Shown here piece after piece: positions 60,191-64,000 of a stretch of DNA of 64,000 nt. Made by a program: the position numbers and the translations under genes. This stretch comes from Planctomycetota bacterium (GTDB taxonomy: Bacteria; Planctomycetota; B15-G4). Below the pieces are notes generated by a model. It searched no databases. It saw nothing but the letters and a program-made list of their open reading frames with translations, and had not been told where the DNA came from. Positions within the stretch are counted from its first letter, which is position 1, and each line of letters begins with the position of its first letter. Location: the NCBI GenBank assembly GCA_029259725.1, contig JAJDER010000038.1, forward strand, positions 5,784-69,783. The letters are read 5' to 3'.

Positions 60191-60976
60191 ATGGTCGTCG
60201 GACGTGTGAACTACCTGCTGCGCACCCTCGTGCTCGGGGCCTTCGCCGTGCTGGCGTGGTTCGGCTACGACGAGGCGCGCGGCATCCTGCGCGCCCACGA
60301 GGACGAGCTGGCCGGGAAGCAGCAGGTGATCGAGACGCTGACCGGCGAGGTCGCGGGCCTGGAGCAGGAGGTCGGCACGCTGACCGGACAGGTCGAGGTG
60401 TTGGAGCAGGAAGTCGTCGTGCTCGAGCGCGAGGTCTTCGACCTGCAGGCGGCGTTGACCCTGCTCAAGGTGGATCACCGCCTGGCCACGCTCGAAGTGA
60501 TCGAGCAGGTCGAGTACGACGACGGCCACGTGGAGACCTCGGTCGTGTTCCAGGAACTCGACGGGTCGGGCCAGCCGCTGGGACGTCCGCGCCTCTTCCG
60601 TCTGCCCGGCCGCCAGTGCTACGTGGACGGCCTGGTGGTCAAGTTCGACGACGACTTCGTCCAGGCCGGCGATGCCCTGCGTGGGACGTCGATCTGCTTG
60701 TTCCGCCGCATCTTCGGCGAGGACCAGGCGCCCAGCACGGGCTTCGAACTGGACCCCGTCGGTCTCGGCCCGCTGCCCTACGGCGGCGACGACGGTTCCC
60801 CGGCCCTGCGTGCGCTCTGGACGCGTTTCTGGGACTTCGCCAACGACCCCGACCTCGCCCGGCAGGCGGGCGTGCGTGCGATCCACGGCGAGGCGCCCTT
60901 CATCGAGACCCGCCCGGGCGCGCGCTACGTGATCGAGCTGCGCGCGTCCGGTGGTTTGAGCCTGCGCGCCGAGTGA
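60191..60976 (+). CDS. Hypothetical membrane-anchored coiled-coil protein
   Basis: N-terminal TM, heptad-like LTGEVAGLEQEVGTLTGQVEVLEQE, globular C-domain. Confidence 0.7.
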   Translation: MVVGRVNYLLRTLVLGAFAVLAWFGYDEARGILRAHEDELAGKQQVIETLTGEVAGLEQEVGTLTGQVEVLEQEVVVLEREVFDLQAALTLLKVDHRLATLEVIEQVEYDDGHVETSVVFQELDGSGQPLGRPRLFRLPGRQCYVDGLVVKFDDDFVQAGDALRGTSICLFRRIFGEDQAPSTGFELDPVGLGPLPYGGDDGSPALRALWTRFWDFANDPDLARQAGVRAIHGEAPFIETRPGARYVIELRASGGLSLRAE

Positions 60977-60986
60977 GGAGCATGGG

Positions 60987-61844
60987 ATGCCCGACAGCCT
61001 GAAGGACCTGCTGGCCGGCTTCACGCCCCTCGAGCAGAGCGCGATCGTCGTGGGCGCGATGATCGCGGCGTTCCTCGTGTTTCGCGTCGTCGTGCTGGCC
61101 GGCATGGAGCGGGTCGCGCGGGCGACCGACAACGACCTCGACGACCGACTGGTCCACTTCGCGCGCCGCTTCGGCGGGTTCGGGATCCTGTTCCTCGGGA
61201 TCGTCGGGATCCTGAAGGTGCACGAAGTCGAGGTCTCGCCGCTGCTCGCCGGCGCGGGCATCGCCGGCGCAGCGCTGGCCTTCGCGGCCAAGGAGACCAT
61301 CGCCGACGTGCTCGCCGGAGTGTTCCTGATCGCCGATCGTCCCATGCGCGTGGGCGACCGCGTGAAGATCGAGGACATCGGCCGCCACTGGGGCGCCTGG
61401 GGTGACGTGATCGACATCGGCTTGCGCCGCACGACGATCCGCAACACCGACGGCGTCGTGGTCAACTATCCGAACGCGGTGCTGGCCCACTCGGTGATCA
61501 CCAACTTCTCGCACGAGCCCGAGCCCGTGCGCGTGCGTGTGCGCTTCGCGGTCGACTACGATGCGGACCTGCAGCGCGTGCGCGAGGTGGCAGCCGGCGC
61601 GGCCACCTCGTCGGCGGGCGTGCGGCCCGACTCGGTCGACGTCGTCATCCGCTCGCTCTGGGACGACACGCGCGGCAATCTGCTCGCCGGCGTGTTGGTG
61701 GAGGTGCGCTACCGCATCGACGAGGTGCGCCAGCGCACCCGCATCCGCTCCGAGGTGCTCGCCGCGATCCACGCCGGCCTGCGGGAAGCGGGGATTCCGC
61801 TCCCGGCGTCCCGCCTGCAGCTGTCGGGGCGTGGGGCGGACTGA
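60987..61844 (+). CDS. mscS: Small-conductance mechanosensitive channel
   Basis: LLAGAGIAGAALAFAAKETIAD..AG, RVGDRVKI, DIGLRRTTIR..DG..V.YPN. Confidence 0.92.
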   Translation: MPDSLKDLLAGFTPLEQSAIVVGAMIAAFLVFRVVVLAGMERVARATDNDLDDRLVHFARRFGGFGILFLGIVGILKVHEVEVSPLLAGAGIAGAALAFAAKETIADVLAGVFLIADRPMRVGDRVKIEDIGRHWGAWGDVIDIGLRRTTIRNTDGVVVNYPNAVLAHSVITNFSHEPEPVRVRVRFAVDYDADLQRVREVAAGAATSSAGVRPDSVDVVIRSLWDDTRGNLLAGVLVEVRYRIDEVRQRTRIRSEVLAAIHAGLREAGIPLPASRLQLSGRGAD

Positions 61845-62018
61845 TCGGTCGGGCTCCATGTCCTGGACATCCGACGTCCAGGGCGCCGATCGGGGAAGCG
61901 AGGTGCCCGTTCACGGACGCGCAGGCGGGATTCACGATTTCTATCGGTGCCGGGAGTTCACTTGGGCGCCCGGAAGACCGAAACTCCCGATCACGGAGCC
62001 CGGGGCACGGAGCCCGTC

Positions 62019-62189
62019 ATGAACGCACAGCCATCCGAATCCACCGTGGAAGTCGCTGACCGAGCCTCGCCGGACCTCGCTCCGCCACCGCTCCACCCCC
62101 GCGCGGCCGACGTGCCGACGTCCGTCTGGACCGCCCTCTGGGTGATCCTGGCATTCCTGGTCGTCAGCGCCGGGGTGCTCGGGTCCTGA
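62019..62189 (+). CDS. Membrane microprotein A (56 aa)
   Basis: MNAQPSES...DVPTSVWTALWVILAFLVVSAGVLGS; GGAG SD; paralogous to 62258-62410. Confidence 0.6.
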   Translation: MNAQPSESTVEVADRASPDLAPPPLHPRAADVPTSVWTALWVILAFLVVSAGVLGS

Positions 62190-62257
62190 AGGTCCCGCGC
62201 AGGTCCTCCGGCGCGTCGGGCTCAAGTCGCGGCCCGCGTTCGCCCGATGGTGGCTCG

Positions 62258-62410
62258 ATGGACCTGCCCTCCATCATCGACGAGTTGCCCGAGCTGCTGC
62301 CGTCCCGGCCCACCCAGCTGGGTTCCTCGGTCGACGTGCCCGGTTCGGTCTGGATCACGATCTGGGTCTGTCTCGCGATCGTCGTGCTGACGGCCGGCGT
62401 CGTGCGCTGA
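62258..62410 (+). CDS. Membrane microprotein B (50 aa; below the ORF-track cutoff)
   Basis: MDLPSIIDELPELLPSRPTQLGSSVDVPGSVWITIWVCLAIVVLTAGVVR; shares a C-terminal motif with microprotein A. Confidence 0.6.
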   Translation: MDLPSIIDELPELLPSRPTQLGSSVDVPGSVWITIWVCLAIVVLTAGVVR

Positions 62411-62414
62411 ATCC

Positions 62415-62439
62415 GACGACCCGGGTCGTCTGCTATTCT
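62415..62439 (+). promoter_or_regulatory. Perfect 16-bp palindrome GACGACCCGGGTCGTC followed by an extended -10 (TGcTATTCT) of the ECF sigma gene
   Basis: Palindrome at 62415-62430; TATTCT at 62434-62439, 7 nt before ATG 62447. Confidence 0.55.
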
Positions 62440-62446
62440 CGGCGCC

Positions 62447-63067
62447 ATGAGTCCCGGTGACGGCACACGCGAACTCCCCTCGGAGACGACGCTGGTCCGG
62501 AACCTCAAGGAGGGCGAAGCCGGTGCCTTCGAGGTCCTGGTGCGGGAGAATTCCCCGCGCCTGCTGGCGGTGGCCCGGCGCTACCTGCCCAAGGAGGCCG
62601 ACGCGCAGGATGCCGTGCAGGACGCGTTCCTCTCGGCGTTTCGCGGCATGGCGGGATTCACCGGCGCGAGCAAGCTCTCGACCTGGCTGCACCGCATCGT
62701 GGTCAACGCTTCGCTGATGAAGCTGCGCACGCGGCGTCGCAAGCCCGAGGTGGCCATCGACGACCTGCTGCCGCGCTTCGAGAACGACGCCTCGGCGCAC
62801 CACCTCGACGTCATCGCGGCCTGGCGCGAGACCGCGCCCGACGAGCTCACCCGCGACGAGAACCGGGTCCTGGTGCGCGCGGCCATCGAACGCCTGCCGG
62901 ACTCCTACCGCGAAGTGCTCGCGCTGCGCGACATCGAACAGCTGGACACGGCCGACGTGGCCGAACTGCTCGGTGTGAGCAAGGGCGTGGTCAAGACGCG
63001 CCTGCACCGGGCGCGGCAGGCACTGCGTGCGCTGCTCGATCCGCACTTCCGAGAGGGCGCACCGTGA
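62447..63067 (+). CDS. ECF sigma-70 factor
   Basis: AQDAVQDAFLSAF, LSTWLHRIVVN..L, REVLALRDIEQL..VAELLG..GVVKTRLHRAR. Confidence 0.94.
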   Translation: MSPGDGTRELPSETTLVRNLKEGEAGAFEVLVRENSPRLLAVARRYLPKEADAQDAVQDAFLSAFRGMAGFTGASKLSTWLHRIVVNASLMKLRTRRRKPEVAIDDLLPRFENDASAHHLDVIAAWRETAPDELTRDENRVLVRAAIERLPDSYREVLALRDIEQLDTADVAELLGVSKGVVKTRLHRARQALRALLDPHFREGAP

Positions 63068-63324
63068 ATTGCCGGGAGTTCACGAGTTTCATCGCGGACT
63101 GGCTCGACGGCGAGTTGCCGGTCGGTCAGGCCCAGGTCTTCCAGGCGCACATCGCCATGTGTCCGCCGTGCGAGATGTATCTGCTGCAGTACCAGTCCAC
63201 CGTCGAGCTGGCGCGCCTGTGCCAGCCTGAGGACGCCGTCCCGGGCGAGGTTCCCGAGGCGTTGATCCAGGCGATCCTCGCCGCGCGCCCAACCGGCGAC
63301 GGGAGCGACCCGACGCAGCCCTAG
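63064..63324 (+). CDS. Soluble zinc-binding anti-sigma factor (zf-HC2 / ZAS)
   Basis: MNCREF...HIAMCPPC (HxxxCxxC); GTGA overlap with the sigma gene; no TM. Confidence 0.9.
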   Translation: MNCREFTSFIADWLDGELPVGQAQVFQAHIAMCPPCEMYLLQYQSTVELARLCQPEDAVPGEVPEALIQAILAARPTGDGSDPTQP

Positions 63325-63363
63325 TGTCGGGCCCGCGTCGTCCCCGCGCCCTGCGCGATCCCG

Positions 63364-63891
63364 TCACGAGCCCAGGTGCCGCTCGAACCAGGCCACGTCC
63401 CAGTAGCGGTCGAACTTGCGGCCGACCTCGTGGTACAGCGCGACCTGCGTGAAGCCCAGCTTCTCGTGCAGCGCCGTCGACGCCGGGTTGGGCTGGGCGA
63501 TCCCCGCGTAGGCCCGGTGCAGGTCCTCGCCGCGCAGGGCTTCGAAGAGCGCCGCATAGAGACGCGTGCCCACGCCGCGGCCGACCGCCGTCGGGTCCAG
63601 GTAGATGGTCGTCTCGATCGACGTGTCGTACGCCGCCTTGACGCGGAACGCGTGGCTGCTCACGAAGCCCAGGAGCTGTCCGGCCTGCCCGACACCCGCG
63701 GGACGCTCGGCGACGATCAGCCGGTGGGGTCCGGACTCGGAGAACTGCTCGAGCCAGGCGCGCCGCTCCTCGGTCGCGAAGGGTCGCGTGTCGAAGGTGA
63801 ACGGCGTCTCGACCACGTAGTGGTTGTAGAGGTCGGTCAGGGCCGCCAGGTCGGCCGGCCCGCCGGGGCGCAGGACGACGTCATCTTCCAT
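63364..63891 (-). CDS. GNAT N-acetyltransferase (phosphinothricin acetyltransferase / YncA-like)
   Basis: YNHYVVET..TF, AYDTSIETTIYL, GRGVGTRLY, NPASTALHEKLGF, VGRKFDRYWDV. Confidence 0.92.
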   Translation of the reverse strand: MEDDVVLRPGGPADLAALTDLYNHYVVETPFTFDTRPFATEERRAWLEQFSESGPHRLIVAERPAGVGQAGQLLGFVSSHAFRVKAAYDTSIETTIYLDPTAVGRGVGTRLYAALFEALRGEDLHRAYAGIAQPNPASTALHEKLGFTQVALYHEVGRKFDRYWDVAWFERHLGS

Positions 63892-63976
63892 GCGCCCAGG
63901 CTAGCAAGCCGTCCGCGAGGGTGGCAGGCCGCGCCGTGCCCGGCTGTATCATCCGGTCTCCCCTGGGAGAGGACCC

Positions 63977-64000
63977 ATGGCTGCATCGATCCGCTGCCGG
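63977..64000 (+). CDS. Start of a CDS running off the window
   Basis: GAGAGG SD then ATG at 63977; TATCAT at about 63947. Confidence 0.4.

Noticed and set aside
61948-63083. Exact 14-mer TGCCGGGAGTTCAC at 61948 and 63070
   Set aside because: The second copy is inside the anti-sigma coding sequence, and chance 14-mer matches are plausible in 64 kb of high-GC DNA

Overview
Very GC-rich, densely coding bacterial window, most likely Planctomycetota: it has a PSCyt1/PSD1/PSD3 (DUF1549/DUF1553) plus DUF1501 pair, many secreted FG-GAP/beta-propeller proteins and sulfatase-fold lipoproteins. Core genes include mdh coupled to a divergent AceE-type E1, rmuC, a complete A1-type cytochrome c oxidase operon, KamA, thyA-folA, an arsR-arsI/cadI pair, an M3 oligopeptidase, mscS and an ECF sigma/anti-sigma pair. 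I saw no rRNA, tRNA, CRISPR array, transposase or integrase. The most notable signals are: (1) a QEGLA/MATCAP-like metallopeptidase translationally coupled to a GshB-like ATP-grasp ligase, preceded by an unannotated decayed N-formylglutamate amidohydrolase remnant, a candidate reversible peptide-tagging system; (2) a C-terminal domain of about 100 aa shared by unrelated secreted proteins, a candidate lineage-specific sorting or anchoring module; (3) a three-copy hairpin element of about 120 nt with five compensatory base-pair changes; (4) an SCO-like protein lacking its copper ligands beside a CxxC microprotein in the oxidase operon; (5) two tandem paralogous membrane microproteins upstream of the ECF sigma gene; (6) a helically phased GATATCA operator in front of an SPFH-RHH operon. 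All family assignments come from motif recognition by eye; no database search was run.
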